Shown here: one piece after another, positions 34,089-46,264 of the stretch
Layout of the letters: every line of letters starts with the position of its first letter
Position numbering within the stretch: position 1 is the first letter of the stretch
IMG/VR virus record: IMGVR_UViG_3300037423_001503
Length of the DNA stretch: 64,000 nt
Direction: 5' to 3' (one strand)
From: a virus
Notes under the pieces: generated by a model
Seen by the model: the letters and a program-made list of their open reading frames with translations, nothing else
The model's database searches: none
Told to the model about the DNA's origin: nothing
Made by a program: the position numbers and the translations under genes

Positions 34089-34490
34089 ATGCCCACCCGT
34101 TCCGCTGACCGCGAACGTTTCCTCGCCGACATCATCACCACCGCCGTTGAGGGCGGGATCGGCTACTGGTCTCAGGTGTCGTCCTATCGCTGGTGGTCTG
34201 ACCTGATCGGTGGCAGCGGCGGCGCGACGAAGACGTCCGATACCTCCGCCGACGTCCATCCGCTGCTCGACGATGAGTCCGGCTACCGCGACGAAGGTGT
34301 GCACGTTGGGATCGAAGAGGTTGCGCGAGCGCTGGCAGTGCTCCGCAGCGACGCCGTCATCGCTGTCCATCCGACGACACGCGGGCGCATCCTTGAGGCC
34401 GACCGTGCCAACGACGCCGGAGACCTGGATTCCAACGACGCCGACATTGTCGTTCAGGTCGCCGTTCTGGGCGACGTCATCTACGGATAG
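34089..34490 (+). CDS. hypothetical phage protein
   Basis: TAVEGGIGYW...DAD.VVQ.A.LG.V.YG motif. Confidence 0.75.
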   Translation: MPTRSADRERFLADIITTAVEGGIGYWSQVSSYRWWSDLIGGSGGATKTSDTSADVHPLLDDESGYRDEGVHVGIEEVARALAVLRSDAVIAVHPTTRGRILEADRANDAGDLDSNDADIVVQVAVLGDVIYG

Positions 34491-34522
34491 GGAGCTATCC
34501 AAGTTCTACAACTAGGAGCAAC

Positions 34523-34870
34523 ATGATGCGCTACGCCATCATCTACAACATCACCGCACACACTGCCGAGCGCTACCTGCCCGGCAACTACGCCGTCGTC
34601 TCGATCGGCGACGACGGCAGTGTTCTCATCGCGGGCGAGGACCGCGCGGGCTGGACCCTCGACGACTACGTCCTGCCCCGGCTCGCCTCCGGCCTGTATC
34701 ACGGTCGGGAGGTTCCGCCGCCTCCGCCGTGCTTCGTCCCGAACGCACCCGACGAAATCTGCGACGAGTGCGGCGAGGAACGGCGTGCGCTCATCCATAC
34801 GGACACCACGTTGGACGCGCTCGACGCCGCAGACGGCCTGTACCTGCACCCCTTCAAGTCCTCCAACTAG
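34523..34870 (+). CDS. hypothetical phage protein
   Basis: GED.AGWTLDDYVLPRLASGL motif. Confidence 0.7.
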   Translation: MMRYAIIYNITAHTAERYLPGNYAVVSIGDDGSVLIAGEDRAGWTLDDYVLPRLASGLYHGREVPPPPPCFVPNAPDEICDECGEERRALIHTDTTLDALDAADGLYLHPFKSSN

Positions 34871-36196
34871 GAGCTATCCCCGTGGTCATCCGCATTGTCG
34901 ACAACGCAGACCCGATCGCCGCCGACACCGATGGGCTGCCGATCGACGAGGTGCTCTCGATGGTCGAGAACACCCACGGTGAGGTCATCATCCATGTCCG
35001 CGACGTCGTCGGTCACGTCCACGCGCTGCGCGCCGACCCGGCGCAGCAAGTCCAGGTCTACCACTAGGAGCTATCCATGCTCGGTCAGTTCTTCATCATC
35101 AAGTGCCCGCGCTGTTCGTCCGAGGCTTGCGTCCGTCGCGGACGCACCGGCGTCTGCGGGCGCGGCCATCACGTCCGCGTCAACCGCTAACCAAGGACTA
35201 CATGATGCGTCAGCTTTTCCTTGACCCCTACAACGTCGGGGAGCTTCAGCGCTGGCTGGGCTCGTACGCGCCCGACGAGCGGCTCGCGCAGGATCACGAC
35301 AAGGAACTGGTCATCACGGTTCAGGATGACGGTTCACTGCTCCTCGACGGCCGCGACGGGTTCACCGCGGAGGTCACGACGGCGGGAACGTTCATCGCTC
35401 ACTAAGGGAGGTTGTTGATGGACTTGCATGACTTGTACTCCATGTCGCTGCGTTGGCACGCCATGGGCGTGGTCGTGGACGCCGCCATCTCGTGCGGTGT
35501 TGGCGACGCCTTCGCCCTCGCCCAATGGGGCGGCTACCTGCCGCTCGACTCGCTCGACGGGGACCGCGCGTAGCCGCGTCGGCCGGGGTTCGCTCCGGCC
35601 GCTGCGAGTGCGAGCTATCCCACGCACTTCATGTCCTACAACTACCGGAGGTTCTTGATGTCCAAGTCGCAGTCGTTCTCGTCCCTGTCGGCGGCGATGG
35701 GGTACCTGAAGGCGCAGGCTCGCGCGGAGGCGAACGCTGCCGACGTACGGCGCGCCGCGAACCTGCGGCGGTCCGCGTCGATCGCCCGCAAGGCGCCCGG
35801 TACGGGGCCGCGCGTCGCCGCCTAACGCCATCGCGAAGTAGCCGGTTCGAAGCAGGACCCCGGCGACTAGCCGTCGCGGGCATCGGGTGAGACAATCCGG
35901 TGCCCGGACGAGTAGCCACCGAACCACTGCCGGAGCTATCCAAGTCCTACAACAACCAGGAGCAACGACACCATGTCGGACACGTATCAGTCTCAGGCCG
36001 CGCGCGACGCCCAGTGCGCCAACTACGGCGGTCCCGCGTACTGCGCGTACCTCGACCGGCATGCGCTCGAACTGCGCGACTACTACATGCGCCACGGCGA
36101 CGAGCTGCTCGCCGCCGCCATGCTGACCCGGTCGCTGAGCGAGGCGCTCGCGGGCAACAACGGCGAATAACAAGACCTACAGCTAGGAGCAACCAC

Positions 36197-36577
36197 ATGT
36201 CCTTGATGGTTAGTATCACCGACGAGCGCGGAGTCGTGCAGGTGTTCGAGCACGACGCCTACCTCGCCGACCATCCGAACGCCGACCTCGTCACGTGCGG
36301 TGCGTGTGGTCACACGTGGGATGACGCCATCGCGACCGCATGGACGCCCGCACCGTCCGGCCGGTGCCCGTTCGAGTACGACCACGCGCACGACGAGCCG
36401 CGCGGTGTGCGCGACTCCTACCTGACCTCGGCGCTGCGTGAGCAGCTTCAGCGCGGCCCCCAGCCCGACGAGGGCTTCTTTCGCTTCAAGGTCACCGGCG
36501 AGGGCGAGACCCAGTGGCTGAACGTGTCGCCTGCTCAGCTTGCGTCGATCATCAACACCCTCAACAACGACAACTAG
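36197..36577 (+). CDS. hypothetical protein
   Basis: TCGACG..WDD...TPAPSGRCPFEY. Confidence 0.7.
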   Translation: MSLMVSITDERGVVQVFEHDAYLADHPNADLVTCGACGHTWDDAIATAWTPAPSGRCPFEYDHAHDEPRGVRDSYLTSALREQLQRGPQPDEGFFRFKVTGEGETQWLNVSPAQLASIINTLNNDN

Positions 36578-36889
36578 GAGCTATCCAAGATGTCCATCAA
36601 CTCTGACGGCGAGCGCACCGTCCTCACTGACGACGCCTACAAAGAGGCGTTCGGTTGTGGCCGCGCCGCGGCCCGCGAGCACCTCAACAACCTCGAAGGC
36701 GCCTCGCGCAGCGAGGCCCACTACGACGACGTGCGCGAGTCGGTCCACCCGCGGTCGTTCTCAGAGGCGTTGGACGCTCTTGAGGACTTCGCCGCCCTGC
36801 CGATCAGCGAAGCCGTCGATGATGGCATCAACGAGGCGTGGAACGAATTCATCCACGACGTCGCCAACGACTACATCTAGGACCCCAAC

Positions 36890-37180
36890 ATGCCCAACAC
36901 GGACACCTACAACGGCTGGGCCAACCGCCCGACCTGGAACGTCAACGTCTGGCTTTCCAACGATGAGAGCCTCTACTGGACCGCCCTCGACGTCGTGCGT
37001 GGCTACAAGGAACACACCACCAATTGGTCCGCGAAGGGTGCGGGCCAAGCGTTGCGCGAACTTGTCTTCGCGAACCGCGACGACCGGGGCGGGTTCGGGG
37101 ACCTGAAGCGGACCGAGCTATCCAAGGTCGACTGGACCGCGCTTGGCGCGGCCTGGCTCGAAGACATCATCCACGGATAA
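36890..37180 (+). CDS. DUF7249-like phage protein
   Basis: YNGWAN..TWNVNVWL.NDE.LY...VDW. Confidence 0.75.
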   Translation: MPNTDTYNGWANRPTWNVNVWLSNDESLYWTALDVVRGYKEHTTNWSAKGAGQALRELVFANRDDRGGFGDLKRTELSKVDWTALGAAWLEDIIHG

Positions 37181-37324
37181 ACCATGAGCATCATCGATCT
37201 CATCGCGCTGACCCAGGCCTCTCTACTGGAGAGCGTCTTCGACTTCTACTACGACAACCCAGCGAGCCAGCCAGAGGGCTGGCACCGCGCTATCCGCGCC
37301 CACGTCAAGGCATAGGACGACAAC

Positions 37325-37525
37325 ATGACACGCAAGGACTACGAGTCGATCGCCCTGGTGCTGCGCTCCGAACGAGAGCGCAGCTTTGGCGATCAGACGC
37401 GCGACGCCGCCGCGATCGACGTACTCGACAACATCACCTACGCCTTGGCGGTCGAATTCAAGGCCGACAACCCCCGGTTCGATCGGGACCGGTTCCTCAT
37501 CGCGTCCGGCGCAGACCGCCGCTAG
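37325..37525 (+). CDS. conserved small phage protein
   Basis: MTRKDY..IA...DNPRFDRDRFL.A. Confidence 0.75.
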   Translation: MTRKDYESIALVLRSERERSFGDQTRDAAAIDVLDNITYALAVEFKADNPRFDRDRFLIASGADRR

Positions 37526-37809
37526 CGAGCTATCCAAGTTCTACATCTAGGAGCAACATGAAGGCCTTTGTCGTCTACATCGACAACGACGAAATCTCAG
37601 CCGCCGACCTGCGCGTGGCGACCATCCTGGGCGCTGACTCCGTCACGGACACCGAGCCCGACGTGTTCGTCGAGCGGATCGCCTATGACGGATACGGGCG
37701 CGACGTCCGGACCGGCGACAGCGCGGGCGACGCCTTGCTCGCACGGCGCTACATGGCCCGGCCCCTCAATCACGGCTACGCCGACACCAACGAACCCTTC
37801 TAGGAGTAC

Positions 37810-38343
37810 ATGATGAACAACGACATCCGCACCGCCGAGGTCGAGGTCTCCGAGGCCCCTGGCGGTCGCGGCGGCTATCACATCGTCCGCTCGCACGGCA
37901 TCGCAGGTACGTGGTGGGCGTGCTCGCGCAGTGGCGACGAGGCCATCTCGATGGCTGTCTACGCGTCGCTGTTCGGGGAGTGCCCGCGCTCGCCGTGGGA
38001 GCCGCCGATGGCACCCAGCGAGGTCGACGGCATGGGGTCGCCGATTGCGGTCTCATGGCGCAGCGAGTCCGACGCGCGAGAGGCCTTTGAGCGCATGGAG
38101 CGCGCGTGGTCGGCGGCCCTGCGGGGGACGCTGGTCGAGCTTCAGTCCTACGCTGAGGAGGATGACTCAGTCGTTCTCACCGACGAGGACTTCGAAGTCC
38201 TCAATCGGGGCGGCCACATCAGTCTCCCCGACGGGCGCGTCGTCATCGACGGTCTCGATTGCTGCGCGCATGTCCTGACGCCGGGCACCTACTGGGGCGC
38301 GGACGGCAACTGCTACGAGGTCCCCACCAAGGTCACCAACTAG
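37810..38343 (+). CDS. hypothetical protein
   Basis: AGGAG RBS. Confidence 0.6.
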   Translation: MMNNDIRTAEVEVSEAPGGRGGYHIVRSHGIAGTWWACSRSGDEAISMAVYASLFGECPRSPWEPPMAPSEVDGMGSPIAVSWRSESDAREAFERMERAWSAALRGTLVELQSYAEEDDSVVLTDEDFEVLNRGGHISLPDGRVVIDGLDCCAHVLTPGTYWGADGNCYEVPTKVTN

Positions 38344-39640
38344 ATGTTCTCGCGCCTCATCATCTGGCTTCTCGACCGCTACGTCGTCGGCGACTACGAG
38401 GCCAAGCACTCCGAGTACGAGACGATCCACGATCGACTCGAATCCGACCACACCAACTAGGAGCAACAACCCCATGGACTCGATCAAGTTCCAGGCCATT
38501 TCAACCGAGGTCAGTCGCGCCCTCGCAGCCGATGTGGTGGCGGTGTTCGACCTGCCCAACGAGGACGGCCTCAACCCGGGCGCGATCGTGGCGTGGTCGT
38601 CGCGGGAGCGTCCGACGCACGGAACGCACCTCGCCGTGGTGCCGCCCGACGCGCGCGCCTACGTCATCAACGGCGTCTACGACTTCGCGGAGCCCATCGA
38701 TGCGGTCAGCGACGCCTACCATCGCTGGCTGCGTCGCGTGAGCCCGGACGCCGCCGGATGAGCTATCCAATGCGACGACTGCCCAGCGATGAGCTACTCG
38801 AAGAGGCCCGGCGGCTCGACCGCGAGCACGGCGGGCGTTTCGATCGCGAGCGAGGCGAACTGATCAGCAAGGCCTACAGCTTGAAGGCCGAGGCTCATCG
38901 GCTCGGCCGCTCCGGCGCGTTCGACGACCTGAACGCTGTCGGCTTCTTCCACGTTCGGCCCTAACTACTTCAACAACTAGGAGAACACAAGTGAACACCA
39001 ACAACGGCGGCAAGGACAGGACGTATTTCGCACGCGATCCCTACGGATCGGAGCGCACAGCCTTCGACCCGTCGCGCTCACGTTTCGCCATCTACGTTGT
39101 GGGTCACGAGCCCAACGAAGAGGACGGCTGGCGCTACAAGCTCAGCGTCATCGACTACAAGTACAACGACAGCGACGCCTACCCCATCGATGCCATCGCA
39201 GGCGGCAACTCATGGTCCGAGGCGTTCGCACGGGCGGCCGAGATGGTCGAGCACGCGCTCGCCGCCGACCACTGCATCTTCTAGGACAAGAGAGCACCAT
39301 GCCCAGCATCATTTACTTCACCGACGAGGTGCCCGGTCTCGGCGACCACGTCGTGGTCAGGGAGAGTCCCGCCGACGTGGCGCACCTGCTTCGTGTCGCC
39401 GCCCGCAATGACCGGCCGTCGATCCGCGTCACCATCGGCGGCGAGCCCGCCCACCTGCCGGTCCGCCTCGTCGGACCGGTTCTCACCGTTCAGTAAGAAA
39501 GGAACACCAACCATGGCCCGCAAGACCGGCGCTCTCCGCGCCAACCACATCAACTCGGCCGACGCTCGCGACGCCCAGCGTCAGCGACGCCGCTCTCAGC
39601 GAGAGCGCGACCGCGTCAGTCCGCGACGCCGGAACGCCTG

Positions 39641-40024
39641 ATGCCCGAGTACATCAACATCGCGCCGACCGGCCTCTACAACGCCGCCCTGCGTCGGCAG
39701 GGCATCCGCCTCAAGGCCGTGGAGCGCGACGGCCAGGTCGGCCTTGAGTCCACCGAGGACGGCGAGACCGTCGCGGAGCAGATCCAGGACCTGGTCAACC
39801 GGGTTGTGCTGCTCGACCAGGCGGTCGGCTTCGTCATCGCCTCGAACACTGCTCGGCTCGCAGAGGCGGCGCGCGACCTCCGCAGCGCCTTCGCTGGCGG
39901 CGGCCTGACCCTCGATGACGCATGGGGCGGGGACGACGATCTCGACGACATGATCGCCGTCATCGAGGGCGCGACCAAGAACATCAACAACATCATCCGC
40001 GAGGAGGGGCGCGTCGGACACTGA
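39641..40024 (+). CDS. hypothetical protein
   Basis: Strong phage codon bias. Confidence 0.65.
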   Translation: MPEYINIAPTGLYNAALRRQGIRLKAVERDGQVGLESTEDGETVAEQIQDLVNRVVLLDQAVGFVIASNTARLAEAARDLRSAFAGGGLTLDDAWGGDDDLDDMIAVIEGATKNINNIIREEGRVGH

Positions 40025-40041
40025 CCGGCGAGCTATCCAAG

Positions 40042-40386
40042 ATGAAGGTCTACTCAAACACACTGACCATCAACGACCTCAACGTGGCGGCACACGAGGT
40101 TCGTGACGCTACCGGCGACGCCCTCTACGTGGGCGATGCCATCACGATTCCGCGCGCGCGGGTCCGACGGAACGGGTTCAACGTGCGGCTGACGAACTTC
40201 GACAGCCGTCGCGCCCGCAACACCGGCACCCACGGCGGCGCGAGAGGTGACGATCCGGCCGCGTCGTGGGATGATTACGGCCGATGGATCGCCCGCCTCT
40301 TCGTGCGGGACCCATCGGCACGGATCGCGCACTACGACGGGGCCGCCGATTTCCACGCCAAGACCAACAACAAGTACAACGTTTAG
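40042..40386 (+). CDS. hypothetical phage protein
   Basis: AASWDDYG.W.A.LF..DP.A motif. Confidence 0.7.
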   Translation: MKVYSNTLTINDLNVAAHEVRDATGDALYVGDAITIPRARVRRNGFNVRLTNFDSRRARNTGTHGGARGDDPAASWDDYGRWIARLFVRDPSARIAHYDGAADFHAKTNNKYNV

Positions 40387-40666
40387 GGCACCAACATGCC
40401 GACCACGCAACAACTACAACATGCGCGCGACGACCTGCGGCGGCTAGCGAGAGTCATCAACCACGCGGCCGACGAGTTGCACTTCGCTTCGTTGTCGTCA
40501 CTGACCATCGACCGCAACCCCAACGACGACAACTTGCGAGACGATCAGCGCCGCTCAATCGACCTCCACGTCGCGACCGCGCGCGGCGTCATCGAGATTC
40601 AGCCGCTCCTGTACGCGGAGACGCTATTCACGCTTCTATCCAAGCACGGACTCTAGGACCCCCAAC

Positions 40667-41140
40667 ATGCCCATCGACGCAGAGACCCTCATCGATCGCG
40701 AAGCTCACCGGTCGATCTCGTTGTGGCCGGACAGCCTGCACTGGCTGAGTGAACCCGACCCCGCTGACGTGATCCGCGCCTGCCGCAAGGCCGCCGCCGA
40801 CCACGACGGGCGCGATGTCTACGCCGAGCCTCTCGCCGACGTCGCCTACATCGTCACCGACGACTACAACGGCGTCACCGAGTCCCATGACCGCATCGAG
40901 TGCGTCAAGCAGCGCCTCGCCGCCCTCCGGGGCCGCCGCGAGTTCGTGGGGTTACTGCCCTACTACCCGTCCTGCAAGGGGTGGATCACATGCCGTGTCG
41001 TTGGTTGCCAGCCGCCTGATCCCGTCTACGGAAAGGACGAGAAGTATGCGCTCACCGTCCGCTATGCCAGCGATGGTGCGCTCGCCTGCTACGGCATCCC
41101 TGTCGACCAGACCCAGCCGCCTCGCTGCTACTGGGACTGA
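40667..41140 (+). CDS. hypothetical protein
   Basis: RBS and codon bias. Confidence 0.6.
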   Translation: MPIDAETLIDREAHRSISLWPDSLHWLSEPDPADVIRACRKAAADHDGRDVYAEPLADVAYIVTDDYNGVTESHDRIECVKQRLAALRGRREFVGLLPYYPSCKGWITCRVVGCQPPDPVYGKDEKYALTVRYASDGALACYGIPVDQTQPPRCYWD

Positions 41141-41419
41141 AACATGCCAAACAACTCCATCATCTACGTCAGCGACGCCGACGGCTGGCGCGTCATCCGA
41201 CTCAACCCGCTCGACTTTCAGGTCGAGCGGCATTACGAAGACACCGATCACGTGGACTCGGCCCGGCTCAGCCTCGCCGGAACAGGACGCAACCATGTGC
41301 GGCGCCTCGACATTGTCGCGGGAACGCTTCACGATCAGTACCAAATCCCTGCCGCCGTGTACGAGGCAGTGTGGCACTCGATCACGCACGGCCTCGGCAT
41401 CAAGCTCTAGGAGATCAAC

Positions 41420-41953
41420 ATGTATCGCATGCAACGCCGCTACATCAGCAACCCCAACTACGAGCACGCGCTGGCCGTCTTCGCGGACGGCCTGCTCCGC
41501 AACAACGACTACGACCGTCAGCTATGCGGGGCGGTCCTCCACGGCGGCTCCGATCGGTTCGGCTCGGACGTCTTCGACATCGTCGACCCCAACGCGGTGC
41601 CGGACCAGTTCGTGCTCGGGCCGGTCTTCGTCGGCCTGGGCTCCGACACCGACTGCGACGGCACCACCTATCACGCCGTCAAGATCGTCGCAGACAACCT
41701 GCGCGACGCGCTGATCCAGGCGGACGAGTACCCGCACGTCTACAAGGTCATCACGCTTCGCGAGGCTGACGATGACGACATCTGGGAGGACGGCCGGAAG
41801 CCAGGCTGGGACGAGCGCGCCTACTTCCTCCAGGAGGGCTACGCCTCGTTGGGCGCGGATTGGAACCCGTGGGTCTACGACGACTCGTTGGGCACCGTGC
41901 TCGACCACACCAACGACGATCCCGTCATCCGCGACGACGATCTCGTCTACTGA
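41420..41953 (+). CDS. hypothetical protein
   Basis: AGGAG RBS, acidic. Confidence 0.65.
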   Translation: MYRMQRRYISNPNYEHALAVFADGLLRNNDYDRQLCGAVLHGGSDRFGSDVFDIVDPNAVPDQFVLGPVFVGLGSDTDCDGTTYHAVKIVADNLRDALIQADEYPHVYKVITLREADDDDIWEDGRKPGWDERAYFLQEGYASLGADWNPWVYDDSLGTVLDHTNDDPVIRDDDLVY

Positions 41954-42182
41954 GAGGAGCTATCCAATGGACAACAGGTACATCATCTTCATGGTCAGCA
42001 CGCGACTGACCAACGACCGCAGCGACATCGCGCTCGTCAAAGCGATTGACCGCGAGGAGGCCAAGCGCCTTGCGTTCCCCTATCTGGGGCAGCACGCCGA
42101 CAACTATGAGGTGACGCCGCTGACGCGCCCCAACGACCTCGTCACCGTCGACATCCCCAACAAGATCAACTAGGACATCAAC

Positions 42183-42545
42183 ATGTACAACGCATTCGTC
42201 ATCTACGACGACCGAGTCGAAGAGGTCGAGCTTCCCGAGCGCGGTACCTTGGAGGCGCTTCAGGGCATCGTCGGCGGTCACATCGAGGCCGTGCCGGTCC
42301 CGCCGTTCCTGAACGGCGCGCCGCGCGCTACCTGCTATGTCAACGAAGACGGCAAGTACGCCTGCGCGCCCAACATGGCCGCCACGGACTTCATGGTGCC
42401 CGGCATGGGGCTCTTCATGGGGGACTACATCGCCGGTCCGCTCGTCATCGTCGGCTTCGATCCCGAGACCGGCGAGCACACACCGACGCTGCCCGGCGAC
42501 GTCGTGCGCCGCATCAACGTCATCAACAAGGAGGCGTTCGGATGA
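42183..42545 (+). CDS. DUF3846-like protein
   Basis: LEALQGIVGG.IE...VNEDGK...N..AT...IAGP.VIVG. Confidence 0.8.
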   Translation: MYNAFVIYDDRVEEVELPERGTLEALQGIVGGHIEAVPVPPFLNGAPRATCYVNEDGKYACAPNMAATDFMVPGMGLFMGDYIAGPLVIVGFDPETGEHTPTLPGDVVRRINVINKEAFG

Positions 42546-43513
42546 GCCTCAGTGGGGGCGTCGAGCGGCGAATCACGCTGCTCGACGTGTTGTTCAAGCG
42601 TCACCTGTCCGAGCAGGAGGTGAAGCTGCTGCCGGGATGGTCGCTGCGCGTGACCGTCGGTCCGATCGAGATGTGTCTCGATGACCTCGGTTGGCACAAG
42701 TGGCGCTGGGACATTGGTCCCGGATTCGCGCTTTGGGCGTGTGGCTTCGTCTTCGAAATCGCGCCTTCTGGGGAGACGTTCGAGCGCATCTATGTCGGCG
42801 ACGCGGAAGCTTTGGATCCGAGACGATGAAGACCTACAACTACAGACCTGTCGTCCTCATCTACATCTCAGGCGACGCCTACGGCGGTGAGCCCCATGCA
42901 TGGCCCGGCACCGGCGACCCCATCGTTGTCGTCTATGACGGCGGCCGGTACGACAAGTACAACTCCAACCCAGGCGACAACCCGCTCGACGACTACGCGC
43001 ATGCGCTCCGGCTGCTGCGAGGTCGCGCCGCTGGGCGGATGTTGCGTTCTTGGTGCGAGGGCGACGCAGAGTTCCTGAGCGAACGCTACGAAGAAGAGGA
43101 CTACAGCTATGAACCGTCTTGACCTACTGGCGTTGACGTTCGTCGCGCCGTCGCACCCGTGCGTCGGCCGGATCGTCGTCAGCGACATGAACAACGTTTC
43201 GTTCATCCTGGCCGTCGCGGCCGGGCACTACCACGACACCGAAGGAGAGACCCAGAATGGCCGTTGAGTACGAAGACGATAAGAAGATCCTCCTCGTCGA
43301 GGACACCAAGACGCAACTCATCGATGCGCTGGCCGACCTGATGCTGATCCATGGCGGCGACGGCTCGAAGGTACACGACGAGATTGAGCGTGCCTGGTCG
43401 TCAGCCCATGGTCACTACGAGGCCGAGAAGGACGGCGACTCCGAGGGGTACCAGATCAGGGTTGCCGCCCAGGACGGCAGCCGCTCGGTTCCACTGCGCG
43501 AGTGGGTGACGCG

Positions 43514-43873
43514 ATGACCGGCCGACAGATCGGTACCGTCGAAATCCTGCGCTCCAGGGTCTACAACATCGACCCCAACGACGACCTCTCGCCTGAGGTC
43601 GTGGTCGAGCCTCAGGTGTGTCCGGTCTACGAGGACGGCGACGTCGTCTACTGGACCATGGAGGGCAACCTCAACGAGCGCCTGCCTCCGCAGATCGAGA
43701 CGCTGTGGCCGGGAACGTTCGCCATCAAGGCCGCTGGCGACTCCCCCACCGGCGCCCGTGTAGGGTTTGAGTCGCAGCGGTTCGGACCCGCGGCGTTCCT
43801 GGACCTAATGGCGCATCCGGTGGCGCGCGACGGACATTCCGAGCAGCGCCTGCGCTTCAACATCAACAACTGA
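43514..43873 (+). CDS. hypothetical protein
   Basis: ATGA coupling. Confidence 0.6.
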   Translation: MTGRQIGTVEILRSRVYNIDPNDDLSPEVVVEPQVCPVYEDGDVVYWTMEGNLNERLPPQIETLWPGTFAIKAAGDSPTGARVGFESQRFGPAAFLDLMAHPVARDGHSEQRLRFNINN

Positions 43874-44765
43874 AAGGGCATCAAGATGAGCAGACGAGTG
43901 CGCATCGAGGTCACCGAGTTCTACAACATCGAGATCGGTGACGAAAACGACGGCACCGACGCTGTCCTGGAACTCGACGAGATGGACTCCGACGACCGCG
44001 CCGCGCTCTATCAGGAGCGCACGATCAAGGTCTTCGACGACAGCACTGGCGAAGAGTTGCCGGTCGATCGGACGGTCGTCTGATGGCGACCAAGTACGAT
44101 GCCTACGTAGAGGCCATCAACCGCGCCGACGAGGCCATGCAGGAAGCGCTGCGTGTCCTGCCGCCCGACGCAAGCGAGCTATCCGTGCTGGTCACGAACG
44201 GAACGTTCCGTGACGTCCGCGCGACGCTCACGATGGCCTACGGGCTTCAGAGTGAGGCCCAGGATGGGGCTCGCTGACATCGCCGCCCTCCTGGCGGCGT
44301 ACGAGAACGAGGAACTCAACTACGACGAGGAGGTCGCGTTGTTCCAGCAGTTGCTCGACACAGGTGTGATCACGCACCTCCAGGGCGCCTATCACAGGCG
44401 CATGAATCAGTTGATCGAGGACGGTGAGGTCAGTGTCGCAGGACAGACCTAAGGCCGTCGCGTGGATCGAGACGCCGATCGACAACATCAAGTACACCAT
44501 CAGGGGGATCGACCGCAATGACGGCGCTCCTCTAGGCGGGGTCTACGTCGAGCGCGAGACCGACGGCGGCGTCGACCAGGCGCAGGTCGAGGTAACCCAG
44601 TGGGGACAGACGCTGCGCTTGGACTTCATCCAAGGCTGGCTCAGCGAGAGCATCATCGACGCTGACGACGAACACGACCGGCGATGGAGCCAGCGGCCGG
44701 TTGGTCTGTGGGCGCTGATCTGGCGGACCTGGATGGAATCGCTCATCACACGAAAGGACTAACCA

Positions 44766-45125
44766 ATGATCAACGAGATAATCGAGGTCGAGCGGCTGAG
44801 TCGCTCTGTCCCCTACCGCGGCAACTACCGGGGAGGCATCCTCACGGTGGTCGACCGCGCTCAGTTCCGCCGAACGCCGGACGAGCGCAACTGGGCGGTC
44901 GACTCGCCTGAGTACGAGCAATGGATGAACATGCGCAAGCTGAGGGTGCTCGAACTCTGCCGCGCCGTCTTTGGCGGCTTCGTTCCTGACGAAGAGCGCG
45001 GGGACGACATGGATGGGTTCTACGCGACGCGCCTGTCCGAGTTCGGGCTGCTCTCGATTCGCCGCACCGAACGCGGCGTCGAGGAGCGGTGGCGCTACGA
45101 AACACTCGAACCCTACACGGACTGA
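44766..45125 (+). CDS. hypothetical protein
   Basis: GAAAGGA RBS. Confidence 0.6.
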   Translation: MINEIIEVERLSRSVPYRGNYRGGILTVVDRAQFRRTPDERNWAVDSPEYEQWMNMRKLRVLELCRAVFGGFVPDEERGDDMDGFYATRLSEFGLLSIRRTERGVEERWRYETLEPYTD

Positions 45126-45847
45126 TGCTCGTCATCGTTGGCGTCGTCTGTTCCTTCGTAGCGTTCCTCTCCGGCTTCGCCGCCGCGGCGCTATTCGAGT
45201 CATCGACGAAGTGTGAGGACCGCGCAGGCAGCGCACTGCTGGCCCTTGCGGGCGTGATGGCCGCCGCGACTACGGCGGGGTGGATCTACGCGGCGTCGCT
45301 GTGCTTCTGATCGCTTGACGTAAACCAACGAAAGGAATAAGGTGCTCACCATGTCATCCGTGTCTTGGACCCTCATCTCAGAACTCCCTGACGGCCATCG
45401 CGTGTTCGAGTTCAACCGAACCGGCCGATACGCGATCGTCGACCGCTCGGGCTATTCGCCCGATCAATCCGACGACGGCCGGCTGTGGCTCAACTTCAAC
45501 GAACCGATCCTGCTGGGCGGCCACGAAACGGTCGTGCCGGTCAAGAACAGTGGCGGCTCACCCTATGGTGTGTTCGTCGATCCGCCGACCGCGATCGCCC
45601 TAAGCGAGCGCTTCGATTGGGCGCTCAACGTGCGCGGTATCCCGTTCAAGGTGGTGCGTGACAATGAGCGATAATCACGCCATCAATCAGGTCGCCCTGG
45701 CGCTGCGCGCGGCGTGTCGCGCGCATCCTGATCAGCGGGTGATGCAGGTGTTGGTCAACGCGTGCGGCGTCGATCCGTTCTACCTCGAAGATGACGAAGC
45801 GCGAGCGAGACTGCACGCCTATGCCAAACGATCCTAGGGAGCTATCC

Positions 45848-46264
45848 ATGCTGATGGAGTTCGAGCTTCGTCTGTCCGGCTACTACGGGGACTCGCCCGC
45901 AGAGGGCGGCGGCTTCGAAGGCTACCGCGAGATCAGTTCGGCGCGGTTCGCGGTGCTTCGCTACGACCACGGCAACACTGATGCCTCGGTCTCGGCCGAG
46001 GCCTGGCACACGGAGGTTGAGGCCGTCCGAGCGATCGACGAGTTCATCGCCGACTGGGTCACGGCCGAGCGCTTCGAGTGCTACACCGTCGTGGAGACCG
46101 AGCGGCAGCGATCGTTCTTCCGCTATGAGCTTCTACGCGCGCTCGACGAGGCTGTGCGCGCAGGCCTTGACGCCAAAGATGTGCCGTACGCGTACTCGAT
46201 GACCGATGAGACGGCATTCGTGTACAACCTGCGCCTCTACAACAACACCAACCTGGAGACCTAG
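45848..46264 (+). CDS. hypothetical protein
   Basis: Start directly after GGGAGCTATCC. Confidence 0.6.
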   Translation: MLMEFELRLSGYYGDSPAEGGGFEGYREISSARFAVLRYDHGNTDASVSAEAWHTEVEAVRAIDEFIADWVTAERFECYTVVETERQRSFFRYELLRALDEAVRAGLDAKDVPYAYSMTDETAFVYNLRLYNNTNLET

